64,000 nt of DNA from Chamaesiphon sp. (GTDB taxonomy: Bacteria; Cyanobacteriota; Cyanobacteriia; Cyanobacteriales; Chamaesiphonaceae). The notes under the pieces are model-generated. The model saw only the letters and a program-made list of their open reading frames with translations, did no database searches and was not told the DNA's origin. Shown here in pieces: positions 26,421 through 37,359 of the stretch (position 1 is the first letter of the stretch; each line of letters begins with the position of its first letter). The translations under genes and the position numbers were made by a program. The DNA lies in NCBI GenBank assembly GCA_965246715.1, contig CBDFFH010000027.1:145861-209860 (forward strand), in the 5' to 3' direction.

Positions 26421-29400
26421 ATGAACGAACAGCGGCAACAGGATTATTTTGAATTAGTAAATGCTTTGTTGTCATGTGAAAGTGGCAAAGAAACGAGGTA
26501 TTAGCCAGCCAGCCAGAATTGGTGGATGAGGGGCTGGTAACAACGCTCTTAGCTTACGCCCAAATGTTGGAGCAAAACAATGACCCCAAAGCCATACCTA
26601 CCAGGCAATGGCTGACAAACTTTGCTAACCAACTCGCCCAAGTATTGGGACTAAATAGCCCACCTCCGCCTGAAGAATCGGACTCTAGACTCAATTTCCT
26701 GATGAGTGTTCTTCAGGCTGTTGCTGATATTCAAGGTGCTGATAGTCAAGGAAATCCCCGAATAGTAGACTTCCTATTGCGAGCTAATCTTTCCTTGCTG
26801 GATGAAGCACTTATCCCCATCCTAACCACATGGTATCGTCAATCTAGGCTTACCGAGGTAGATGAGGATGGTAAAAATTTTCTTGCAGAAGTTGTGTTTG
26901 TATTTGCCAATCTAATTCGACAATTTCCCTTGGGAAGTCGGTTAATCAATCTGGAAATCGCCATCGCCTGTTATCACTTGGCTCTGGAGGTATATACCCG
27001 CGCTGCCTATTCCGCAGCTTGGGCAAGAACGCAATTGAATCTGGCTATTGCTTATACAGCTCGAATTCGGGGTGAGCGGGCGGAGAATCTGGAAATTGCT
27101 ATCGCCTATTATCGCTCGGCTTTGGAGGTATTTACCCGCGCTGCCTATCCCGAAGATTGGGCAGCTACTCAGAATAGTCTGGCTATTGCTTATACAGATC
27201 GAATTCGGGGCGAGCGGGCAGCTAACCTGGAGGAAGCGATCGCTTATTCTCGCTTGGCTTTGGAGGTAAGAACTCGCGCTGCCTATCCCGAAGATTGGGC
27301 AGCTACTCAGAATAATCTGGCTAATGCTTATCAGACTCGAATTCGGGGCGAGCGGGCAGCTAACCTGGAGGAAGCGATCGCTTGTTATCGCTTGGCTTTG
27401 GAGGTAAGAACTCGCGCTGCCTATCCCCAATATTGGGCAAGAACGCAAATGAATCTGGCTATTGCTTATACAGATCGGATTCGGGGCGAGCGGGCAGCTA
27501 ATTTGGAGGAAGCGATCGCCTGTTATCGCTTGGCTCTGGAGGTAAGAACCCGCACTGCTTATCCCGAAGATTGGGCAATAACACAAATAAATCTGGCTAA
27601 TGCTTATAGAGAGAGAATTCGGGGCGAATGGGCGGCGAATTTGGAGGAAGCGATCGCCTGTCATCGCTTAGCTCTGGAGGTATTTACCCGCACTGCTTAT
27701 CCCGATATGTGGGCAAGGACGCAAATGAATCTGGCTAATGCTTATCAGTCTCGAATTAGGGGCGAGCGGGCAGCGAATCTGGAGGAAGCGATCGCCTGTC
27801 ATCGCTTGGCTCTAGAGGTATTTACCCACGCTGCCTATCCCGAACAGTGGGCAAGGACGCAAATGAATCTGGCTAATGCTTATCAGTCTCGAATTAGGGG
27901 CGAGCGGGCAGCGAATCTGGAGGAAGCGATTGCCTGTTATCGCTTGGCTCTGGAGGTAAGAACCCGCGCAGCTTATCCCGAAATGTGGTCAAGGACTCAA
28001 AATAATCTAGGGATGACATTAATCGATCGAGAGCGTTTTCCAGAGGCGATCGAGTGTTTTCAGTCCGCCCTAGAAATCTACACTCCGCAATCATTCCCGA
28101 TCGATTGTTTCCGAACAGCCCGCAACCTTGGCAATCTCTTATTTAACCAGGGTAATTGGCAACAGGCGATCGATGCCTACGATCTAGCAATTCAATCCGT
28201 CGAAACCTCCTGTAGTTGGTCAACCAGCGAAGACGAACGCCAGCGTGTGATCGGCGAAGCTATCACCGTCTACCAAAACACCATTCAGGCATACATCAAC
28301 CTCGGACAAATCGACAAAGCCATTACCACCAGCGAACGCGCCCGCAGTCGTCAACTCGTTGACTTCATGCAAACCAACGATCTTTATGCCGATGGCGAAA
28401 TCCCTCCCGAAGTGCGAGAACTCCTCGCTAAATATCAAGACATCAACAACCACATCCGAGATTACCAAAACACCAACTCCAGCAATAACCCCGAACAGCC
28501 CGAACCAAATCGAGCCAGCCGCAATAGTGAAACCTTCGCCGCCGATACCGCTGCGATTCTCGCCCTCACCGCTGAAAAAGACCGCATCTGGCAACAGATC
28601 CGCAAAAAAGACCACGAACTCGCCGGACAAATCCAAGTAGCCCCGATCGATCTCCCAACGATCCAATCCCTCATCTCCACCCCCCACACCGCCATCCTCA
28701 GCTTCTACACCACCGACAACGACACCCACATCTTCATCATTGCCCGCAACAGCGAACCCCAAATCCACACCTGCCAGAACTTCCAAGAATGGCTGGGGAA
28801 AACATGGTCGGGTAACTACTCTATTAGCAAAAACATCGATCGATTCAATGCGGAAATCAAGCAAGCCAAACCAGACGCTCTACCAGGGATAGAGGCTGAA
28901 TTAGCTGAATATATTGCCAAACTTAAAACTGATGGACTCTGGAGTGAAAAAAGCTGGCGAGATCTGATGCCAGATACTTCGATCGAGATTTCCCAGCGAT
29001 TGGAATTAGACGCACTAGTTGCCAAACTCCCCAACATCACCGAACTAATTATCATCCCCCACCTCTACCTCCACCAAATCCCCTTTGCCGTACTGCCCCT
29101 AGTTGGTGGCTACCTCGGCGATCGCTTCACCATCCGCTACGCTCCCAGTTGCCAAATCCTCAAATACTGCACCGATCGAACCGCGATCGTCTCACCCCAA
29201 TACGGTACGATCGAAGATGCCGATGGCACACTCCCTGGAGCCGGATTTGAAGGTCATCAAATCGCCGAACTCTTCCAAATTCAGCCAGCATATCGACTGC
29301 GCGGTAAAACCCAAGCCTCCATTCAAAACTACCAACGACTCCTCACCCAAGTCACCAACATCCACTCCAGCCACCACGCATCCTTCAACCTCTCCAACCC

Positions 29401-29980
29401 CCTCGAATCCCACCTCAAACTCGCCGATGGAGTAGTCAGCCTCGGCGATCTCCTCACCAACCGCTATCCCCACCTCAACGAAGTCTTCCTCTCCTGCTGC
29501 GAAACCAACCTCGGTACTACCAACTTCACCGACGATCTCCTCACCCTCGCTACCGCCTTCCTCTGTTCTGGTGCCCGCAGTATCATCAGCACCCTGTGGA
29601 AAGTAGACGATCTCGCTACCTGTATCTTCTCAGTCCTATATTATCGACTCCGGCGCGATGGACTCGATCGATCCACTGCCATCCAACAAGCCCAATTTCA
29701 ACTCCGCAACCTCCACAAAGAGCAAATCAAGCCTTTCCAATCTGAATTTAAAAACTATTACAATGCTCTAAAAGCAAAAAAAGAGCTACTCGAAGTTTGT
29801 GCATTATCTAACGAAGATGTACCTCAATCGATCGATCTTAATTGCGAAGAAATAGAACAAATACTAGAAGGAACAACATTTTTTCGGATGAGCCTTCGGA
29901 GTCTTCTAAACGGCACAGAAGAATACCCTTTCGCCGATCCTTACTACTGGGCAGGTTTTATCTGTCAAGGTTTAGCTTGA
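26421..29980 (+). CDS. TPR-repeat CHAT (caspase-like) protease; frameshift near 26492
   Basis: 40-aa TPR repeats, IIIPHLYLHQIPF, His in IHSSHHA, Cys in FLSCCET, STLWKV, PYYWAGF; upstream ATG (MNEQRQQDY) at 26421. Confidence 0.9.
26950..28010 (+). repeat. Tandem 120-bp coding repeats (~9 units)
   Basis: Recurring NLEEAIACYRLALEVRTRAAYPExWAxTQxNLAxAYxxRIRGERAA. Confidence 0.92.
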
Positions 29981-30029
29981 TACTTTCCTAGATGTATCGA
30001 TCGAGATCCATTATTTGTTTCACCGCATA

Positions 30030-31158
30030 GTGTCTACACCCAAACCAGTCGAGTCAAATGATTCTTCAGTTGCACCCCAGGTTTCACTGACTGGAGTGGT
30101 AGAGCGGATTACCTTTCATTCAGAAGAAAGTGGCTACACCGTCGCTCGCCTCCAATCACCCCGCGCTCGCGAGTTAACCACGATCGTTGGTAACTTCGCG
30201 AATATTCAAGCTGGACAGACCCTCCAACTTCAGGGGACTTGGAAAGAGCATCTTCAATACGGGCAACAGTTTCAGGTTGTTAAATACAGCGAAACTAAAC
30301 CCGCAACCCTGACAGGGATTGAGAAGTATTTAGGTAGCGGTTTGATTAAGGGAGTCGGCCCCGTTACTGCCAAACGGATTGTGGCGCATTTCGCGCTAGA
30401 TACTTTAGAAATTATCGAACAAGATAGCGATCGACTGATTGAAGTTCCAGGCATTGGTAAGAAACGAGTCAAGATGATTCAAAAAGCCTGGGTGGAACAG
30501 AAGGCGATTAAAGAGGTAATGCTGTTCCTCCAAAGTCATGGGGTTTCGACGACTTATGCAGTGAAAATCTTCAAACAGTATGGGGATAAATCGATCTATA
30601 TTGTCACGAATAATCCCTATCAACTATCGGAAGATATCTTTGGGATCGGGTTTATTACCGCCGATACGATCGCCCGAAATTTAGGCGTAGATCCTGCTTC
30701 GACATTTCGCTATCGAGCGGGTATCAAACACGTTTTGGGTGAAGCTGCTGAAGATGGGCATTGTTTTTTGCCTCAGCCGGAATTATTAACAGCGGCAACG
30801 ACTAAACTCATGACTCAAGAACATACCTCGACGGATAATGCGGTACTGGAAGTGTTGAAAGCAATGAGCGTGGAACAGGATTTAATCCTGGAAACAGTTG
30901 AGAAAGTTCCGTTATATTTCCAACCTAGCTTCTTCTACATCAAACAGAATCTCGCCATTTCCATCCTCAAGCTCCTCGAACAGCCTCAATCGGTAGATTT
31001 ACCCCGCGTCCGCAGTTGGATCGATCGATTTACCCAAAGTCAGGGCATCAGTCTTTCGCCCGAACAACAGTAAGCGGTAGAGATGGCGGCAACTCAACGG
31101 GTAATGATTCTCACTGGTGGCCCAGGTTGTGGGAAGACGTTTTGTACGCGCACGATCG
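30030..31158 (+). pseudogene. recD2: RecD2-like helicase, truncated
   Basis: VERITFHSEESGYTV, YLGSGLIKGVG, NPYQL..DIFGIGF; stop at 31071, then [11 protein letters not shown], ending at CGATCG. Confidence 0.88.
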
Positions 31159-31279
31159 CGGCTGCTCCGGCATCTTCTAGCCGTTTGATATTATCTAAAT
31201 CTTCAGACAGGGGGGCGGCGGCTCCGACTACTAAAGGCGATCGCAATTCTAATCCAAGATAAGTTGTAGTTAAGTTCAT
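31151..31279 (-). pseudogene. Dihydroorotate dehydrogenase-like protein, N-terminal fragment
   Basis: [43 protein letters not shown], then homology ends. Confidence 0.75.
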
Positions 31280-31419
31280 CATTTTTCCTCCTCCGAGCAA
31301 TCGTGGATATATTTCTGGAAAAATCGACAGCGGATGGAAATCGGGATCTTGAGAATATCTCCGGTAAGCTCCACGAACGATCGACAAATTATGTTCGATT
31401 GGCAAAGTTTACTGTTCTA

Positions 31420-32709
31420 TTATCTTAGAGCGAGAATAGATTTTGAAACATATTTGACAGGTTTCTTTGTTTTTGTAACCCGACCATCTTCTATCGCTTT
31501 TTTCAACCAATTTTGTAATTGGCTGGGATTAACATCGAGTTTTTCTGCTAGAGATTTTGCATCAACTGGTTGCTGCAAATAAGATAAGATAAATGGCAAT
31601 GCAGCTTCATAGATGTTAGTGGGTGATTTAGTTTCCTCGGTATCCTTATCTTTAGTTCTATCGGTATCATTATCTACCGCTTCAAATCCTCCTATCGATT
31701 GTAATTGAGTAGCAATATTATCTAAAGATAAAGAACATTGAACAGCCTCAAGTGGTACAGATTGTGTACTGATAATTTCTTGCAATCTTTGTTCTAAATG
31801 ATGATGCCAAGGTGCTGGAGGAAATTCTCTAGCTCCTAGTTTAAGTAACTGCTTATTTCCTTGAGATATTTTCCCCTCTGTTTTCACGAATACTGGTATA
31901 CCCTTTTCTAGCTTCAGAGCTTCCACTGCACCCGCCCAAGTACCACCTTTATTGTAGTCTGAACTTACAACTAAAGCATAATCAGCTAGGGCATAAATAT
32001 ATTTATTTCGCCCCATTGCATTACCCACATTAAATCCTGCTTGAGGATCGACAGCGGATACCAAAGTGAGTCTTTGTTCTTGAATTGCCGATCGATATTT
32101 AGCCGAAACAGCAGATTTAGCTAAACTATCAGCTAATATTCCCACCACAGTCCCCCCTGCGTCTATAGCTGCTAGCATCGCGGCTGTATCCACACCTCTG
32201 GCACCACCTGACACAATTTGGATACCATTTCCCGCACAATTATCGGCAACTCTTTTTGTGTATTCAATGTCATCTTCATCCACGTTACGGGAACCAACAA
32301 CAGCTAATCCACCTTGAGATAACAACTTTATATCTCCCACTCCGTATAAAATTGCTGGAGCATTAGCTCCTAGTTGTTGTTTTAATCTCGCTGGATAATG
32401 ACAATCTCCTCTCCCGACAATCCATAACCCTTGACTAGTCCATTTCTCAACCGCCAGAGCCAACATCATCCCTCTTGCCAATAGAGATTCTAGGCGATCG
32501 CGATCTAGTAATTCACAAGTTCGGAGTAATTCTTGTCCGTTTAATTCTAATAGATCTGCCGGACGTAACTTGCGATCGATCAACCACTGAGTTAAGGAAT
32601 TATATTCCCCTAAACTCAAAGGTTGGGAATAAGAATCGCTACTATTGCCAAATCTCGCACAAAGTAGCAAAATAGCCTGAGTATCTGGAGTGAGATGGTG
32701 GCTAGACAT
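31420..32709 (-). CDS. DprA/Smf-like protein (RqlI-like)
   Basis: YPARL, AVVGSR, VSGGARGVD, AMGRNKYIY, GGTWAGA; C-terminal HTH. Confidence 0.88.
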   Translation of the reverse strand: MSSHHLTPDTQAILLLCARFGNSSDSYSQPLSLGEYNSLTQWLIDRKLRPADLLELNGQELLRTCELLDRDRLESLLARGMMLALAVEKWTSQGLWIVGRGDCHYPARLKQQLGANAPAILYGVGDIKLLSQGGLAVVGSRNVDEDDIEYTKRVADNCAGNGIQIVSGGARGVDTAAMLAAIDAGGTVVGILADSLAKSAVSAKYRSAIQEQRLTLVSAVDPQAGFNVGNAMGRNKYIYALADYALVVSSDYNKGGTWAGAVEALKLEKGIPVFVKTEGKISQGNKQLLKLGAREFPPAPWHHHLEQRLQEIISTQSVPLEAVQCSLSLDNIATQLQSIGGFEAVDNDTDRTKDKDTEETKSPTNIYEAALPFILSYLQQPVDAKSLAEKLDVNPSQLQNWLKKAIEDGRVTKTKKPVKYVSKSILALR

Positions 32710-32713
32710 GATT

Positions 32714-34798
32714 TTAATCGGCAGAATTGAGAGAGTTGAGGGCTAATGCGAGGGGAAATACTCGATCGCTACCTGCTTGTCTGAGTAAAGCGGCGATAAC
32801 GGTAAAAGTCCAACCAGAATCTACCATGTCATCGATTAAAAACACTGCTCCTGAGGGCAATTCAGATCGATCGATCTCAAATACTCCATCTAAATTATGA
32901 GCCTGTTGATAACTGTTACCCATATTTTTCTGCGGTTGATTCTCCTGCACTTTTCTCACGACTGGATAGAAGGGGATCTGCAAACCTTCAGCTAACCGCC
33001 GAGCAAAGTCAGGTACTAGATTAGGACGTTTGAGCGAAGGAACGCAAGTCACCCAAGTAGGAAAGGGATCTGGCTGCCATCGTTGAATCATCTCAATTGT
33101 AGCTCGAACTAGGTCATCGTTAAAGGACTCATCCTTGTACTTACCTTGTTTTACCAGTTGACCCCAGCCTTCATCACCCCATAGAGATAAAGCTTTTCCA
33201 CGTTCTGCACGTAATTCTGGTTTAATATTACCTGAAAAGCCATAACTTGCTAATGCACCTGCACTCCATTGTTTCCGAGGTTCGACAATGCGATCGCTAC
33301 GTTTGAGATATTGAATGGCTTGGTTTAATAAAGTCGGTGAATATTTGGTAGGGACTAAATCGCGATCGAGGCACACAGCACATTTAGCACAAGCTTGAGA
33401 ATTTGGATCGTCTAACGCTGTGGATAAAAAGGTCATCAAACATTGTGAACTCGCCATATAATTCTGCATTTGCTGCTGTTCTTGACGACGAATTTCTGTT
33501 AGTTGGTCGATCTTGACTCGATCGAGTTGGTACTCAACTGGGGTAGCATACCATTTGCTATCCAATTTCGTTACTGGGGATGGTGATTCTAAGGATAGGA
33601 ATTTTAATATTTTCCTGATTCTTCCTAATGATAGATTTGTCTTAGATTCCAAAGAAACATCAGATAATCCATTTTCTATTTTCAATGCTTCTATTACTTG
33701 CAAAACATGACCTTGAAGAGGGAAAGCATTTTCAATGAAATAGTTGGCAATTTCGTCATCTTCAGAGCCACTTAACAAAATACCATAGGCTCGATCGACT
33801 GCCCTACCCGCTCTACCAACCTGTTGATAATAATGCACGACAGAACCCGGTCTTTGGTAGTGAATTACGAAACCTAAATCTGGCTTGTCGAAACCCATGC
33901 CTAATGCAGTTGTAGCAACTAGGACTTTAATTTCATTATTGAGTAATCGATCTTCTAACTCTATTCTTAACTCTGGATCTAACTGGCTATGATAGGCTGC
34001 TGCATTAATGTTATGCTGTCTCAACCACTCAGCTACGCGATCGGCATCTCTAACCGTTAATGCGTAAACAATCCCACTACCTGGCAAATTAGGTAAACGT
34101 TCGGCTAACCAAGCCATTCTTGCTGCTGGAGATGGGATGGAGATATTTTGTAATTGGAGACTTTCACGAGTTAACTTGCCTCTAACCGTCCGTAGGCTAG
34201 CACCTAATTGATCTTCGATATCTCTGACCACTCGATTATTAGCTGTAGCTGTAGTTGCTAGTACGGGAATAGTTGGTGGTAAAGCTTGCAAAATTCTCAC
34301 AATTCGGCGGTAATCTGGTCGAAAATCATGTCCCCAATCAGAAATGCAGTGAGCCTCATCAACCACGAATAATCCTATATTTTGAGAGATTGGTGCTAGT
34401 ATATCTTCTCTAAATTTTTCATTTGCTAGGCGTTCTGGCGAGATTAATAAAATATCTACAGTACCAGACAAAACTTTTGACTTAACAGATTCCCACTCAT
34501 CGGTATTACTAGAATTAATTGTCTCCGCTCTAACTCCCATTTTCTCTGCTATGTTAATTTGGTTTCGCATTAAAGAAAGAAGCGGAGAAATGAGTAAAGT
34601 AATTCCCGCGCCTTTCTCTCTTAACAGTTTAGTAGCGAGGAAATAAACGATGCTTTTACCCCAACCTGTACGTTGAACCACTAATAATCGAGATTTATTC
34701 TCTACTAATGCAGAAATCGATTCCCATTGTCCATCTCGGAATTTAGCTGTGGGAGCGTTCAGAGATTGACGCAAAAGTTGTAATGCGTGATTTTGCAT
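32714..34798 (-). CDS. RecQ-family helicase with a C-terminal PRTase domain (RqlH-like)
   Basis: RTGWGKS, DEAHCISDWGHDFRP, QQVGRAGR and the PRPP loop LIDDMVDSGWT. Confidence 0.9.
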   Translation of the reverse strand: MQNHALQLLRQSLNAPTAKFRDGQWESISALVENKSRLLVVQRTGWGKSIVYFLATKLLREKGAGITLLISPLLSLMRNQINIAEKMGVRAETINSSNTDEWESVKSKVLSGTVDILLISPERLANEKFREDILAPISQNIGLFVVDEAHCISDWGHDFRPDYRRIVRILQALPPTIPVLATTATANNRVVRDIEDQLGASLRTVRGKLTRESLQLQNISIPSPAARMAWLAERLPNLPGSGIVYALTVRDADRVAEWLRQHNINAAAYHSQLDPELRIELEDRLLNNEIKVLVATTALGMGFDKPDLGFVIHYQRPGSVVHYYQQVGRAGRAVDRAYGILLSGSEDDEIANYFIENAFPLQGHVLQVIEALKIENGLSDVSLESKTNLSLGRIRKILKFLSLESPSPVTKLDSKWYATPVEYQLDRVKIDQLTEIRRQEQQQMQNYMASSQCLMTFLSTALDDPNSQACAKCAVCLDRDLVPTKYSPTLLNQAIQYLKRSDRIVEPRKQWSAGALASYGFSGNIKPELRAERGKALSLWGDEGWGQLVKQGKYKDESFNDDLVRATIEMIQRWQPDPFPTWVTCVPSLKRPNLVPDFARRLAEGLQIPFYPVVRKVQENQPQKNMGNSYQQAHNLDGVFEIDRSELPSGAVFLIDDMVDSGWTFTVIAALLRQAGSDRVFPLALALNSLNSAD

Positions 34799-35133
34799 CT
34801 AATTTAGTCGATCGACGATCGATGGAATAATGTAATTAATACCTGATGTATTCTTGTATTATTCCCCAATCTCTTTCTAAAATCCAATCCCGCTCGCATG
34901 TATAGCGGCTCATTACGAAAAAACTTTGCAACAGATTAATACGATCCGCTATATTAAATGACACGACAATTGGCGGGGAGACAGCGATCGGCTCTGGGGT
35001 CAAATATGCTGTCATTGGACAAACGACAGCATCGATCGACACAACTGAAGCCCTGGCTAGTTATAGATCTCACGATCGATCGGTAGCTGTCGCGACAACC
35101 TCCGATCGATCGAAATAACAGAGTGGTTTAATA

Positions 35134-35203
35134 GTGTGACGGAAAACTGTCAAGCACGGTTTTGTAGACGAGCGGCTGTCGTGAGATGGTCGCTTAGTTT
35201 AAC
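35134..35203 (+). mobile_element. Group II intron 3' remnant (partial domain V plus domain VI)
   Basis: GTGTGACGGAAAACTGTCAAGCACGGTT (DV-like), then a GAGCGGCTGTC-GTGA-GATGGTCGCTT stem and the end AGTTTAAC. Confidence 0.75.
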
Positions 35204-35331
35204 TCTAATAGGGGTTGAAACAGAGTGCGTATCCTAATGCAGTTCCTAAGACTCTCGATGTCCATATCTTTAACAAAATACTAGTATTTTTGTTCTATAA
35301 TAAGTTTGAAATCTAATTTCTTGCGATCGTG

Positions 35332-35560
35332 ATGGATACATTTACAATCTATAACGCCAAATCCCAGTTCTCCAAATTATTATCCCGCGTGGAGCTAGGG
35401 GAAGAGATAATCATCTGCCAATCGAGGGATCGCGGTGGCTAGGTTAGTACCTGTGGAAAATAAGCGATCGCGCAGTCGCAGTATGGGTGTCGATCGCGGC
35501 TTATATTTTATCCCCTCCAGTTTCAAAAACCCGCTGCCCCCTCATTTATAAACCCGACTT
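35332..35560 (+). pseudogene. Phd/YefM antitoxin, frameshifted
   Basis: MDTFTIYNAKSQFSKLLSRVELGEEIII, then shifted-frame VARLVPVE. Confidence 0.75.
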
Positions 35561-35603
35561 TCCTAGTATTTCAGCCAAACAAGAGTAAGGAACTAGATCG
35601 CGA

Positions 35604-36068
35604 GTGAAAATACTAATCGATGCCCAGTGTTTTTTGTGGTGGTTTGTCGAACCAGATCGCTTGAGTGCTCCAACGATCGCCGCAATCTCTGACGAAACTA
35701 ACTCACTCTGGTTTTCGGTCGCCAGCGTGTGCGAGCTGACGATTAAGGTGTCACTGGGAACGTTATCGCTGCCCGAACCGATCGATTCGTATCTTGCCAG
35801 TCGGATGAAAAAGTTGCGGGCACAATTTTTGGATATTCGAGCGGATCAGGTATTGAAGCTAGCAACATTGCCGCTAGATCGATTCGATCTGATCCTGCTG
35901 GCTCAAGCACGAGTCGAAGGCATGACCCTCGTTACTGCTAATCCAGATCTGGCCGATCGTGATGTGGAAATCCTCCTCAACGACTCGGACGAATGCAGCA
36001 CGAATAGAATATCCGTGAGTCAAAGAGCCAGAGCAGAATTAGCGTCAGGCAAAAGTCTAAATCGATAG
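35604..36068 (+). CDS. vapC: VapC/PIN toxin (possibly degenerate)
   Basis: ILIDAQCFLWW, SVASVCEL.IK, LLAQARVEGMTLVT; the usual HxDPFD stretch is shortened. Confidence 0.8.
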   Translation: MKILIDAQCFLWWFVEPDRLSAPTIAAISDETNSLWFSVASVCELTIKVSLGTLSLPEPIDSYLASRMKKLRAQFLDIRADQVLKLATLPLDRFDLILLAQARVEGMTLVTANPDLADRDVEILLNDSDECSTNRISVSQRARAELASGKSLNR

Positions 36069-36161
36069 TCGGGTACCGTCGCTATTAATTTAAGGAAACT
36101 TGACAGAGATTGCGAGAGCCGACGATCGAACTCAATATCGATCGCCAATGCTTACACCTCG

Positions 36162-36210
36162 AATGGAGTAGTTATTCAGCAATTTAGTTGAATAACTACT
36201 CCATTTTTTT
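36162..36210 (+). terminator. Rho-independent terminator
   Basis: AATGGAGTAGTTATTCA ... TGAATAACTACTCCATT stem followed by a T run. Confidence 0.8.
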
Positions 36211-36496
36211 GTCGATTGTAAAGTTTTGTTCACTGTTGGATTTACTCTTGATTATTTTCAGCAATCGTCTATAATCTCATGCGGATAAAAGAGGAGGTGA
36301 ATTTAACCTGACCAGCTAATCAAGTCAAGTTTATTCTACTCGATATATACCTGTTATTATTCACTTTGCTGTCAACTGAATCTCAGATCGATGGCGATCG
36401 TGGTCTTTTTTTATGCAAAAGTTGTTGCTGTTCGATCGGCAATTGCTCAAACGAATCGAGTCAAAACTTATATTCCTGAAAATATAGAGTGTCATC

Positions 36497-36923
36497 ATGA
36501 ACTACGCTCACTTCACTAAGCAAACCTAGAAATAAAATTTCTTGGAAGTATATACAATATGCCTTGATTTCCTGTTTCTCGCCAATTATTTGGGGATGGA
36601 ACTTAGCTCCTAAAGCTGATGCTGCCCCAATCTATGATGCTTTCGTAACAGTATCGACTACTAAAATTACCACAATAATGGCTGGATTCCCAGTTGCAGG
36701 GCCACTATTTACGACTCTGTTTACTGCAATTGTCAATCTAATTCCCTGGGCTGTACTGCTGATGGTCGGTGGTATTGTCATCTGGCAAGCTTATTTGGGA
36801 TACCAGGAATACGATCGAGAAAACTTTTCTGGGATAGTTAAACCGATGTTAAATATCATCGTCCTGGTAATTCTCGTCATTGCGACAGATAGAATTATCA
36901 ACTTTATATTTACTGGTGCTTAA
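36497..36923 (+). CDS. Putative VirB2-like pilin (frameshift near 36523)
   Basis: First gene of the tra cluster; signal-like N-terminus ending ADA-A and two hydrophobic helices. Confidence 0.55.
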
Positions 36924-36967
36924 TCGAGATAAATATCTAATAGCTGTGACAGCTTTTACCTAATTAT

Positions 36968-37336
36968 ATGGAAAGAAAAACGCGAATCGAAGTCAATAGA
37001 GCATTGAGGCGCAGAGCGAAGATGATGGGCATTCCTCGCGATGTCGCAATAGTTTTGGCACTAATCGTGGTTTTCTGTCTGTTTCTAGGCTACTTGAAGG
37101 TTCCTGGCAATATCGTTACAGCAATTTTCGTTACTTTATTTTTCACAGCCATACTTTCCCTAAAAGATGGAATGGCAGACGTACTAGCCAGAAACAGGGA
37201 ACCAAAAAATTACACTAGAGGGTGCTTAAATTATCGATCGCCACTCTCAGACTTAACTCCTCAGTTGATAGCTCGTTTAATTAAAAAAAGTAACGACTAT
37301 AAATTAATCTCAGTGTTAGGTTTTCGTCTGTTTTAA
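36968..37336 (+). CDS. Putative VirB3-like membrane protein
   Basis: VNRAL..RAKMMGIP followed by two TM helices; directly upstream of VirB4. Confidence 0.6.
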   Translation: MERKTRIEVNRALRRRAKMMGIPRDVAIVLALIVVFCLFLGYLKVPGNIVTAIFVTLFFTAILSLKDGMADVLARNREPKNYTRGCLNYRSPLSDLTPQLIARLIKKSNDYKLISVLGFRLF

Positions 37337-37359
37337 ATCCTTTAATTTATTTATCAGTT

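Noticed and set aside
26942..27664. Antisense repeat ORF, or a CRISPR-like array
   Set aside because: It mirrors the in-frame 120-bp TPR repeats; there are no unique spacers and no cas genes
28220..28864. 214-aa antisense ORF
   Set aside because: Shadow of C-rich codon usage in the CHAT gene
31094..31405. 103-aa ORF as a real gene
   Set aside because: Chimera of a DHOD-like N-terminus and antisense recD2
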